Source: Octopus vulgaris
Taxonomy: Eukaryota
Length of the DNA stretch: 64,000 nt
Direction of reading: 5' to 3'
Assembly (NCBI GenBank): GCA_951406725.2
Contig: OX597819.1
Location: 28,396,001 to 28,460,000, forward strand
Under the pieces are notes generated by a model that had not been told where the DNA came from, did not search any database, and saw only the letters and a program-made list of their open reading frames with translations. The translations under genes and the position numbers were made by a program. Within the stretch, counting starts at the first letter, position 1. Each line of letters opens with the position of its first letter. Positions 1 through 11,985 of the stretch are shown here, piece after piece.

Positions 1-73
1 TCAGCTGTAAATGAGTAATCCTGAAACGGTCTGGCATCCTGTTCAGGAGGAATATTGTGATCTTGGTCACTTA

Positions 74-273
74 TGAAGGGGTGATGAAAAGTTCCTGGCT
101 TTAAAGGTATCACAAAAGGCCTGGTTAGAGGCCCAACATTCTGAGTTCTTTTACAGGGCTTAGAAAAACTGAAGGATCACTACAATAGTCTGGGAAGGGA
201 ATATGTTGCATAAAATTATAATTTACTGATCCTCTTGTATTTTCTTTTACCGAAACTTTTCAGCACCCCCTCG
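74..273 (+). mobile_element. Mariner-type MITE (about 200 bp)
   Basis: TIR-like ends yGAaGGGGTGaTGAAAAGTT / AACTTTTCAGCACCCCCTCG, flanked by TA. Same family at 11770-11985 and, inverted, at about 61396-61610. Confidence 0.8.
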
Positions 274-1169
274 TACATACTGTAGAAACTGGGGAACCAG
301 CTCTGAGTCCTGGGATTGAATATTAACGAGAGTAATTTATTAATGTTTATAAAGCATGATTTAAGTTTAATTGGTAGTCTTATAATATAATTATAACTTT
401 CAATGCAAATATTTCAGCAGAAGTCGCCTCTATATTGTGAAAACTCACTTTGGTCCATACATTAATCAATTTAAGAGATGACAGTACTGCATATAGTGCT
501 GTGATACTTGTTAAGATTTAAAAATAACCCCACGCTTTTAAAGTAACAACATTAATTCCGCTTAAAATAGTCTAAATTTTGATTAAAACAGGTTTGACAT
601 TAATTTAATGTTATTTCTAACCCAACTTAATACTTTAAGTTTTAAAATATACTGAAACTAACAGGCAATGATATTTATGAAATGTGTGTTGTAAAGTATC
701 AGAGTATGACAGAGTGTATTAGAAAGAAAAAAAGAAAAGTAAAAGGTTTTTAGTTCACTATTGATTGTTTCATAATGAAATTATCCAAGAGAAGGTGTGT
801 GGCTTAATTGTTAGGGTATTCAGCTCGTGATCATAAGGTCATGAGTTCAATTCCTGGTGCCGTGTTGTGTCCTTGAGCAAGACACTTTATTTCATGTTGC
901 TCCAGTTTGCTCAGCTGGCAAAAATAAGTAGTACCTGTCTTTCAAATGGCCAGCCTTGTCACACACTGTGTCATGCTGAATTTCCTTGAAAACTACATTA
1001 AGAGTACACATGTCTGTGGAGTGCTCAGCCACTTGCATTTTAATTTCATGAGCAGGCTGTTCCGTTGACTGGATTAATTGGATCTTTGTCATTGTAACTG
1101 ATGGACAGCCAAATTATCCGAAGATATAAATATTTAAATAGATAGAAATGAAAGATCACTATAATATAC

Positions 1170-1246
1170 CTGATGGTTTTATCTAATGCAGCCAATTTTA
1201 TTTTTTCTTCACATGTGTGTTCTTCTGAATTGGCCTTTTCTGAATA
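1170..1246 (-). CDS. ERO1: ERO1-like, coding exon 5 (regulatory Cys); gene continues beyond the window start
   Basis: tag|YSEKANSEEHTCEEKIKLAALDKTI+AG|gtatat; 77 nt; resembles ERO1A YSEEANNLIEECEQAERLGAVDESLS. Confidence 0.92.
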
Positions 1247-2629
1247 CTATTCATGAAAAAACAAAAAAAAACAAAAAAACTTTTATTTCTTTTTAAATAT
1301 GCATGGAAATCATTTATAATTTTAAAACATGAATTTAAAGTTACAAACAGAAACTTTATGAATTCAGTTAAGATATCTTGGCAGGATCATCATCGTTTAA
1401 CATCCGTTCTCCATGCTAGCATGGGTTGGACGGTTCGACCGGGGATCTGGGAAGCCAGAAGGCTGCACCAGGCTCCAGTCTTATCTGGCAATGTTTCTAC
1501 AGCTGGATGCCCTTCCTAACGCCAACCACTCCGTGAGTGTAGTGGGTGCTTTTTACGTGCCACCTGCACAGGTGCCAGGCGAGGCTGGCAACGGCCACGG
1601 TCGGATTGGTGTATTTTATGTGCCACCGGCACCATTATATGAATAATAAACATATGCACTGGATTAATGACCTTCCCAGGATACAACTAAATTTGTTTCA
1701 ACATGAGGAGTTCACATTAAGAATCTTGGAAGCCAAATGCAAAAATAGACGGTAATGTAATAATGTCATAAACATCAACAACACATAAGACAATACATAC
1801 AGAAAATGGGTCATCATATACAGTAGTTAAATAATAATATGCATAAAAGGTAGCTTAGAAATCAATGTTGGATTTTATTACACTGTTTAATTCTAGTTTG
1901 TAACAAGCAGCAATTATTGAAATTTAAAATGTTTTGTTTAGCTTGAACCTCCAACTTCAGCATTTGAGGTACAAGTGTAAGAGTGTCCCAGTTCACTGCA
2001 TATTGCTTCCAGTATCACAAGGGATACTACAGAACCTATCTGACTCTCTCCAACATACCCTCTCTTGTTCTTATTACTATCTCTCACTACACTGAAGTAT
2101 ATACTTAAGGGACCTCATTAGGCCTGCATGTATCTCATTCATTCTATCTACACTCCTCACTGCCATTTGATATTCACTTCCATCATTTATTCACCTCTTG
2201 CAATCCATCACTCTTTCATTGCCATCCTCTCTAGTGTTGGCATCATGATAAAAATGCACCTGGAACATTCTGTTAAGTATAGAGTTGGGAGGAGCATGCA
2301 GTCTTATTGAAAACTCAACAATCTCACTAGGTCTGGTACCTTGAAAAAAATGCACCCTGTAAACTCTGTAAAGTGGTTGGTGTTAGAAAGGGTATCCAAC
2401 TGTACAATGAAACTTAGAAGGAAGAAGTGGTTCCCTGACCCATTTAAGAGAGCAGCAATGAATTTTTTCAAACCAAGCCCAGTATGAAATGTGGACATGG
2501 AACATATATTGAAAGCAATGATAATTATGATAGGTGGCTGCTACTCTTCAATGGAAGTATGTCAAAATGCACTTGCGAGAAAAGTAACAATAATGAATTC
2601 ATAGAATTCATTGGTACTTTAAACACTAG

Positions 2630-2990
2630 TTTTATAATAATAATGAAATTATTGTATACAGTGCTCAGGTGCACCACAACTTGTCAAAAAGTGCGTATAA
2701 AGTATATGCAGTAATGTACAAATGTCTGGAAAGCGAACAGTGTATGAGTCAGATACATGCTTGCGTGTGTATGGAGGGGAGAAAATCAGGTGTAGTGTTG
2801 GCGAATCTCAGGAAGCATGGAAGTTTTGAAGGATGCAGTGCTCCGACAACTAACAACTGATGCTGGCAGTCTGTTTCATGCTTCAGCAACTCTTAGCATG
2901 AAAAAATGTTTCCGTAAGTCATGGGAGCTGTGCTGTTTTCTGACTTTGTAAACATGTCCAAGGGTGTTAGACAGGTGGAGTTTGAAAAGA
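2630..2990 (-). mobile_element. CR1/L2-like LINE 3' end
   Basis: The minus strand encodes a decayed RKHFF.LRVAEA*NRLPASVV...ASFK terminus followed by a (TTA)n-like tail. Confidence 0.6.
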
Positions 2991-3255
2991 GTTTTCTTCA
3001 GTACTTTTGGAGCTTATGTTAAATGACAAAGAAATTTGAGTGGTGGAGCCAAGATTTCATCTTCATGAACTAGATCAATGTTGGACTGTGCCAACTCACA
3101 TGCTTCTTGACCCCAGTATCTTAGCATGTCTTTAATTGTTGAATACCTTTTCTTTGCTACTACTTCTGAGTTGTTTTATCAGATATACAACACTACCTCA
3201 AACCTCATTCTATCTAAGACATTTTTTATAAAAGTAATGCAAAAATGGGCATATA

Positions 3256-3683
3256 GGCGCAGGAGTGGCTGTTTGGTAAGTAGCTTGCTAACCAACCACA
3301 TGGTTCCGGGTTCAGTCCCACTGCGTGGCATCTTGGGCAAGTGTCTTCTGCTATAGCCTCGGGCCGACCAATGCCTTGTGAGTGGATTTGGTAGACGGAA
3401 ACTGAAAGAAGCCTGTCGTATATATGTATATATATATATATATAAAAGTGTGTGTGAATATGTTTGTGTGTCTGGGTTTGTTCCCTTATCATTGCTTGAC
3501 AACCGATGCTGGTGTGTTTACGTCCCCGTCACTTAGCGGTTCGGCAAAAGAGACCGATAGAATAAGTACTGGGCTCACAAAGAATAAGTCCCGGGGTCGA
3601 TTTGCTCGACTAAAGGCGGTGCTCCAGCATGGCCGCAGTCAAATGACTGAAACAAGTAAAAAGAGTAAAGAAAAAAAAGAGTA
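3256..3683 (+). mobile_element. tRNA-derived SINE family A (representative copy)
   Basis: Head GGCGCAGGAGTGGCTG..TGGTAAG...GGTTCAGTCCC with A/B-box-like motifs, internal TA/TG microsatellite and (AGAGTAAA)n tail. Other copies at about 4518-4900, 6970-7330, 14443-14818, 28062-28490, 32160-32570 and 63390-63795, plus fragments. Confidence 0.85.
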
Positions 3684-4167
3684 ACTCTTTATGTCAGCCT
3701 TACTATGATCCAGTCTTTACTTTCATGTTTTTTCCTTTACCAATTGATATTGTTGAAAGTATCACTTGATGAAATTCTGGGTGATTCTATTGATTTCAAA
3801 ACAAGTCAGGGATGATTTACCAGTGTAGCTTCCATTTTGTCTACTTGAAACCTATATGCTGACTTCCAGCTGAATTCAGTATGACAAGCAAATAGAACAT
3901 TTGTTAAGCATCTGCTAACTAAAGTGGTGTGTTTTGCATGTTTATGCTACAGCTATTGAAAATTAAGTGTCTCAGTCTTGGACACTTTCAGGTTAGTGAC
4001 AAAGTGTGTTGATTTTGTTTTGCCAGTGACAAGGTATGTTGATTTTGTTTTGCCACCTTATTTATTTGGATAACTGTAACTCTCTCACACTCATTAAAGA
4101 TTGAAAAAAAAAAAATTAATAAAATGTTCCATAAAAATAGAATAGGGTATTTTCTAATAATACAAAC

Positions 4168-4224
4168 CTTATTTTCCTTAGTATCCTGATGGCTGCTTTC
4201 TTTCAAACCAATAGGTATTTCATC
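4168..4224 (-). CDS. ERO1: ERO1-like, coding exon 4
   Basis: aag|DEIPIGLKESSHQDTKENK|gtttgt; 57 nt, phase 0/0; DEIP.GLK matches ERO1 DEVP.GiK. Confidence 0.88.
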
Positions 4225-5545
4225 CTTTGTAAAATAAACAAATAATAGTATATACTTGAATAGAATAAAATTTGTTTATAAAAAGAATTATTTTTATGAT
4301 TTCTCAAACTATAAAAAACTTGTTACATATGATTAACATGTCTTACATTATGAAAATGGTGGAATATGGAATGAATTTTTTAATACTTTTTTCAGTTTCT
4401 AATATTCTATTTTGCAATTTTGTATCCTGACCAAAGCCTTGTGAGTAGATTTGATAAATGGAAACTGAAAGGAACCCATCATATATATATTAATTATACA
4501 CCAGCATGTAAGTTATAGGTGCAGGGATGGCTGTGTGGTAAGAAGTTTACTTCTCAGCCACGTAGTTCCGAGTTCAGACCTACTGCAAGGCACCTTAGGC
4601 AAGTGTTTTCTACTATAGCTCTAGGCTGACCAAAGCCTTGCAAGTGGATTTGGTAGATGGAAACTAAAAGAAGCCCATCATATGTGTGTGTGTGTGTTTT
4701 TGTGTTTGTTCCTCACCACCTCTTGACCACCAGTATTGGTTTGTTTATGTTTGTAACTTAGCAGTTGGGAAAAATGAATCCAGTATAACAAGTACCAAGC
4801 TTAAGAAACATAAGCACTGGGGTTCATTTGTTTGATTAAATCCTTCAAGGAGGTACCCCCAGCATGGCTGTAGTCTAGACTGAAACAAGTAAACGATAAA
4901 CATTACACAGAAAACATGTAATGTCAACAGTAATCTTATGTGGTACACACAGCTTGTTGTGTGGTTTGATACCACTACCTGGGCCTAGGGTGTCTTTTGT
5001 GGGGTCCAATTTGTTGCAAGTATCTTAGCCAGGTCTCGGTTTGAGGGTTCTTTTTCCTGTCCTCCCACCAGTACTGAAGGCCCTTGTAAAGGACCATGGA
5101 CACTGCCCATCATCCTTGACTAAAAGACAGAAAGAAACCAACAACAACCGCACTAAACATGAAACTTCGATAATAAGACAAATGAAGGGTGGTGAGCTGG
5201 CAGAACCATTACCATGTCAGATGAAGTGCTTAGTGGAATTTCTTCTGACTTTACATTCTGAGCTCAATTGCCTTTCAGAGTTGATAAAACAAGTTGTGCA
5301 CTGGGGTTGATGTAATCACCTTACCCCGTCTCCTGGAATTGTTGGCCCCATGCCATAATTTGAAACCAACAAAACAAATGAAAGATCCCAATCATTAAAA
5401 AGACAGTGACAACAGAATAATTTAAACAATGGGATATTGCTGCTATATAATAGCTTATCTAATTAATTTTCCAGCTAATGACTATGTATTGGAGTGTGCA
5501 CTAGTGTTTAAAAAAATTATTAAACATTTATTTTCAGGATATACC

Positions 5546-5773
5546 TATTTCTTTATTACCCACAAGGGGCTAAACATAGAGGGGACAAACAAGGACAGAC
5601 ATAGGTATTAAGTCGATTACATCGACCCCAGTGCGTAACTGGTGCTTAATTTATCGACCCTGAAAGGATGAAAGGCAAAGTTGACCTCGGCGGAATTTGA
5701 ACTCACAACGTAGTGGCAGACGAAATACCGCTCAGCATTTCGCCCAGCGTGCTACAGATTCTGCCAGCTTGCC
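5546..5773 (-). mobile_element. SINE family C with 17-bp TSD
   Basis: tattttcaggatatacc on both sides; core GCCTTTCATCCTTTC.GGGTCGATAAA resembles the Deu/Nin SINE domain (from memory). Copies at 9377-9608 (TSD aatgtaaaatgaacct), 57435-57829, 7629-7840, 36174-36375 and 62927-63143. Confidence 0.85.
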
Positions 5774-8115
5774 TATTTTCAGGATATACCAATGTTTAAA
5801 ACCTGTCTGTAGAAACATTTGAATGACAAAAACAACTGTACAAATACTAGGGTACACCAACATTAACAGTAAGTAGGAAGCCAAAAAAAAAGTAAAGTTA
5901 CCTTCTCAAGTCATACTGACTCACAAGGGCTGGTTTCCCAGTTTCCATGGTGTATATATCCTCCACCTGGACAGGATGCCAGGCCATCATCACAGGATTA
6001 CTCATTTTTGCTAACTGAGAGGACTGGTACAATGTGAAATGAAGTGTTTTGCTCAAGAACACAATGTATCACCTGGTTCAGGAATCAAAACAACAATCTT
6101 ACGATCTTGAATCCAACACCCTGACCACTAAGCCATGTGCCTTCACTAATAAGTAGGAACTACTGAAGGGTGACCTCGGAACACTGAACCTTTCAGACAA
6201 GATGACAAAAGACTGAGATACCTGTTCTCAGGATCTGTCCTCCACAGCAGAAGTGAAAAGGATGCATACCCTGGTGAAGAGGATTGGCCTGCAGGAGTCC
6301 TGTGTTGATGCCATTTAAAAAGCACTTGTGCCAGTACCAGGTACAAGTGCTCATACCAGTGTTAAAAGCACCTTGCACACACTGTAAAATAGTTGGCATT
6401 AGGAAGGGCATCCAGCTGTAGAAATCAACTTCTTGGTGATGATGGCAACTTCTTCCATAAGCTGCAGTGCAGCTGTGACTGAACAACTTGCAGGTTTAGA
6501 ATTGTAGGATTTTATTATATGAATAATATTCAGGAACATACCAAAGAGGATGTTATTAGTCAATCCCTTAGCTGTCTTGGAATAGTTCATTGGTGAAGTA
6601 CACTCACTACCATGGATAGTCAGCATGCCACAATTTTGGGGATGTAGAGCCAATGATGGTTGGTTAGGGGCTAAGTTTAAGAGGGAGGAGTAAAAGGGTC
6701 AAGTGTGTTTGGAGAGTTAGCATGATGCTCAACACTCTGGCTAGTTTGGGAAACAAACTCATGCAGTCAGTTTAGAATGGCAAAGAATTTGGTCTGTGCA
6801 TCAGTGGTATCGGTGTAGAAAAAAATGTAAAAAGTTGGGGAAAGTTGTAAAGGAAAGCTTTAGAGAGAGATGGTTTCAATGCAGGATAGGTAATTGAAGG
6901 GAGTTCAAAGAGTGGTAGAGACAAATGATAAATTTTGAGTAGTGTATTTATAGCGAAGGCATTTTTTTCCTTGCTTCAGCCATCATACTGTACCATGCTG
7001 GGGGACTGCTTTGAAGAATTTTAGTCGAACAAATCAACCCCAGTCCTTATTTTTATTCTAAGCCTGATACATATTCTATTGGTGTTTTTTTTTACCAAAC
7101 TAAGTTACAGGGACATGAACACACTGACACCAGTTGTCAAGCAGTGGGGGAGCACACACATGCACGCAAATATACATATATATACATGATGGGTTTCTTT
7201 CAGTTTCCGTTTACCAAATCCACTCACAAGGCTTTGGTTCACCCAAAGCTATAGTAGAAGACACTTTTCCAAGGTGCTAAGCAGTGGGAGTGAGCCAAGA
7301 ACAATGTGGTTGGGGAGCAAGCTTCTTATAGTAGCTAAGGGTGTAAAAAAGAGCAGAAGAAATACAAGAAACTATTACCTCTTTTACCAACAAGTGGCTT
7401 CTATTCTTGTACAAAAGGGGTGATGCAAGTATTGTTTTAAGAAGTGTGACACTGTCTACTAGTGTGACATGAGTGCTGACTGTGGAAAATATGAGGAGTT
7501 AGTTGTGATATGTTCAATGTACAATGTTAGCTTGTGTAAAAAGGCTGAGTGAAAGTGAGCTAAGGATATATTTGTACATTCGTAATTTGTACATGGAATG
7601 TGCTACACTAGAAAAAACATGTAAACAGCTTTCAAGTTTGGGCACAAGGCCAGCAATTTCAGAGGAGGGATATGTCAATAAGATCAACCCCAGTGCTCAA
7701 CAGGTACTTATTTCCTTGACCCCAAAAGGATGAAAGGAAAAGTCAACCTTGGCAGAATTTGAACTCAGAATGTAAAGACAGACAAAATGCCGCTTTGCAT
7801 TTTGCTTGATATGCTAACAATTCCGCAAGCTTGATGCCTTAAAGAACATGCAAATAGGTCGCACTTGCTAGATGGAAGTATGATGTGAACTGAAAGTGGA
7901 AACTAATAGGGACAGAGGGTGATGAAAGAGAACAAGGGAAGAAGCGGTGAGGCCACTGTGTTGGACCTGATGGATGACAGATATGGGATTGAGACAAAAG
8001 GTGTTATACAACATGGCAGGTCAATAAAACATTTGTAAATATTGAGAAATGCACACCAATAAGATGATGAAAATTAAAAGATGTTGATTATATACAGAAA
8101 ATTATATTTACTTAC

Positions 8116-8199
8116 CATTTTACATTTGTCTATAGCACAATCTTTCAAAGAACATTGATGATCGTCATACCAAAAAGGACATTTTTTATTCAAATTTAC
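8116..8199 (-). CDS. ERO1: ERO1-like, coding exon 3 (shuttle cysteines)
   Basis: cag|VNLNKKCPFWYDDHQCSLKDCAIDKCKM|gtaagt; 84 nt; CPFW plus the CX4C outer active-site pair. Confidence 0.97.
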
Positions 8200-11157
8200 C
8201 TGCAATTGATATTATTTTAGAGTAAAATTAACTTTGAAAATCCTCAAAATCTGTAGGATACTTTTAAATTAGAATGTTTAAAAGTACTGTTATAATTGTA
8301 CAATCAGAAACAAATTTTAAAATATAAAAATTTTTGTACAGTAGAATTCTATTCTTGGTTTTAGCTGGAGATTGTGGCCATGCTGATGCACTGCCATTCA
8401 CTTTTAACATATACCTTTTTCAGAAAGAATAGTTTTATAGTTTCTGTGGTCATTTACTCTGCTTTAGTTAGTATTAGAAAGGGCATAGAAATCATGCCAA
8501 AATGGACATTGAGGCATGATTTGGTTCTCCAGTTTTTTGGATTCTGTTGAAATCATCCAATCTGTGCCAGCATGGAGAATGGACATTAAATGATGATGAT
8601 GATTCCTTGTAATATCAATTTTAACACATACTTGTAGCATTATCCTTTTAACATACTTATTCATAGTGATATTATTTTTAACATATTTATTCATAGTGTT
8701 ATCCTGATTTATCTCACAATACTATCATACAATTAAAATAGTTCACACCTTGTATTTCAACTTTTGAGAATGCTGGCAAGCATTCTAATCAGATTTTTAT
8801 GTACCTAAGATGTATCTAACAACTTCCTTGCTTGCATTATTTATCTATATCTATGTGTATTTAATATCTCTCTCTCTCTCTCTCTCTCTCTCTGATGTAC
8901 TGGGTGCTTTTTCATGACACCAACACCAGTGAAGTCATCTTGCTCTCCATACATGAAGGAGAGCAAGAGAGAGGGAAAATGTGATAATTTTAGGCAATGT
9001 GATAAGAGAAGGTGAAGTATGGTGAGAAGAATAGATTTATGTTGTGGGAAAGTGGGAGTAGAGAGAGTAACAGAGTGGACACTTGGAGAGGGAGTACAGA
9101 AGGAACAGGGGAAAGTGAAAGGATTAGTCATGGGTCAGTGAGAAAGGGCAGAATGGAGTGGGAAAAGTGATGAAGTGGGTTGTGTAGAAGGGGTTGTAGA
9201 AAAGGGTACAGGGCTGTCCCACATTATAAGGGTGAGACAGAAAATCTGAAGGTGGGAAGGTAACCCAAAAGAATGGAAATAGATGAGAGTGGTGAGGATC
9301 CAAAAAGTGATGTGTGAGGGCTATAGGTTAGTTCAGAAAGGGAGAGGTATTGAGACTGCAAATGTAAAATGAACCTTATTTCTTTATTGCCCACAAGGGA
9401 CTAAATGTAGAGGGGACAAACAAGGACAGATAAAGGTATTAAGTCGATTACATCAACCCCAGTGTGTAACTGGTACTTAATTTATCGACCCTGAAAGGAT
9501 GAAAGGTAAAGTCGACCTCGGCAGAATTTGAACTCAGAACATAACGGCAGACGAAATACCGCTAAGCATTTTGCCCAGCGTACTAACGTTTCTGCCAGCT
9601 CGCTACCTAATGTAAAATGAACCTTCTGTCAGTCACCCAGAGAGATAGAGAAGGTGGGTGTTAAGATATTCAGTTTATGTCTTTTTTCATGCCTTGTATG
9701 GGTTGGATGAATATGTTATCTGAGGCTTTGTTTTACAGCCAGATGCCATTCCTGACACTAAACCACACATATTTTTCAGGTAAGGAATTGCCTATTCCAT
9801 ACAGCTTCAAAGACACGAAGTGCCTGAATGACTTGTTGATGAAAGAAACTGACAACGCACACTTCTTGCTGCACTTTCACACAAGTGAGTGCAGATGTAC
9901 ATAAATAAACACACCAGACACATGCATGCACACACACACATATAGATGATCTGCAATTTTCCATCTATCAAATCTAGGGTAAAATTAACTTTGAAAATCT
10001 TCAAAATCTATGGGATGTTTTTAAATTATAGTTTTTGAAAATACTGTTATAATTGCACAATTAGAAAGAAATTTGGTAGGCCCAAAGTGCTATGCTGTCA
10101 GAGTGAACCTAAAACCAGGTGGCTGGGAAGTGAATTGCTCAACCACACAGGCATGTCTACACCTATAGCCATATGTATGTTAAAAATGATATCATTATCA
10201 TCACTACACACCTGTTTTATGTACTGGCATATGGTGGATGGCTTGTTGTAGTCTGAGTTGATTCTTATTTGGAGTTACTACCCCCTTAGGTGAGATAGAG
10301 AACCAAGATCTTGTTTCCTTTTTGGTTTGATTTCTCTGATCAAATGCCATTCCTGACACCAAGCAGTTTACAGAGTATAATGGGTGCATTTTATTATGGC
10401 ACTAGCTCAAAAAAGGTTGTCATGTCTTTGACAAAACTAAAGGCGCCACACAACAGAGTTTGCTACAGAGTGGATTTCACTGCAAGTACTAAAGGGCCAA
10501 GTGCTGATGTCAAATTTGGAGAGAGAGAGAGAGAGAGATTAAGCTGACCACCAAAAGCATAAGTAGTCTGTTTGACATTAACCAAATTTCACTCACAAAG
10601 CTTTGGGTGATTTAAAACTATAATAGGAGACACTTGCTCAAGATGCCCTGCAGTGGAGTTGAATCTGAAAGCATATAGTTGCTTAGCAAACTTCTTAATG
10701 CACAGCCTTATCTGAATTGACATAACCAAGCTTCATGGACAGGAACAAAAAAACAAAACAAAAAAAAACAAAAAAAAAAAAGAAAGAAAGAAAAAGAAGT
10801 TACAGTGTTTACTTTCTAATTCATGCAGAGACGAATGGATGTAACTTTCACTGATGTTGATTGTTTGAAATAATAATTGCTTTGTTACTTCTGAACATTG
10901 AACCATTCTATTCTTGTCCTTTAACTTTATTTATGCCATTTTACTGTATCAGCATAACTCTACTGTTTTGAAATACTTATTTTATTATGGTATTCTATTA
11001 TTATTATTATTATTATTATTGTTATTGCCTCTCATTAGTAAAGTGGTCACTGTTGTAGTACAAATAAAGTTCCCTTCATAAAGAGTTTCAAGTGTCATTT
11101 AAGGATGATACAAAAATAACAATAACTTTAAAAAAAAAAGTTATGTGCATTACTTAC

Positions 11158-11277
11158 TTTGAAATATCTGAAGTAATCTGTTTGAAGAATCTCGTGCAAT
11201 AATGGTTGTATTCGAAGATTGTTGAAAAAGTCAACATTTTCTACTTTGCATTCACAATCATCTACAGTGCCAGATAA
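11158..11277 (-). CDS. ERO1: ERO1-like, coding exon 2
   Basis: tag|LSGTVDDCECKVENVDFFNNLRIQPLLHEILQTDYFRYFK|gtaagt; 120 nt; matches the ERO1 motif G.vDDC.C.ve.id.fNN....P.L..l...DYFRy.K; long polypyrimidine tract. Confidence 0.97.
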
Positions 11278-11769
11278 CTAATTCAAAGACAAAATGAATA
11301 AAAAAAAAAACAAAAACAAAAATTAAAAAATGATAAATGGAGTTTGATAGTCAATAATAAAAAAAAAAGGAAGAAAACAACAGATACAACATTGACATGA
11401 AATAACTTATTAAAAACTTGTTCAGCAATAAATATATGGAATCCAACAAACATCAATAAAAAAAAACCCCATCAACCAGGTCAATGTGTTGACAATCCTG
11501 TTTGTGATGCTACATTTGCAGATGTTAAAAGCAATATATTAATAACTTGTCTGTCAACTTGAAGTTAATATAATAATTCAATCATTTGTTATGATATACA
11601 ATCATAATTCAGAAAAACTGAAGGAACCTTGATGAGTTGTTAAAGTAATGAAACTGGTTAGTTCAGTTCCTGGCTCAAGCTACCAGTAAAACCCTTGTGG
11701 ACACAGTGACATGGCAAGACCAAGAGTAAGCTTCTGTTGATGAAGACTGATTATTTATTCATACTTGTA

Positions 11770-11985
11770 CAAGGGAGTGTTGAAAAGTTCTTGGCTTTAA
11801 GGGTGTAGCGAAAGGCCTGGTTGGAGGCCCAACCTTTCAAGTTCTTTTACAGAGTTTAGATAACTGAACTACTGCTGCAATAAGTGTGTGAATCTGAGAG
11901 GTGAATATGTTGAATAAAATCATAGTTAACTGATCCTCCAGTGTTTTCTTTTACCCAAAGCCAGGAACTTTTCTGTGCCTCCTCG
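11770..11985 (+). mobile_element. Mariner-type MITE, second copy
   Basis: Collinear with 74-273; TA on both sides. Confidence 0.8.
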
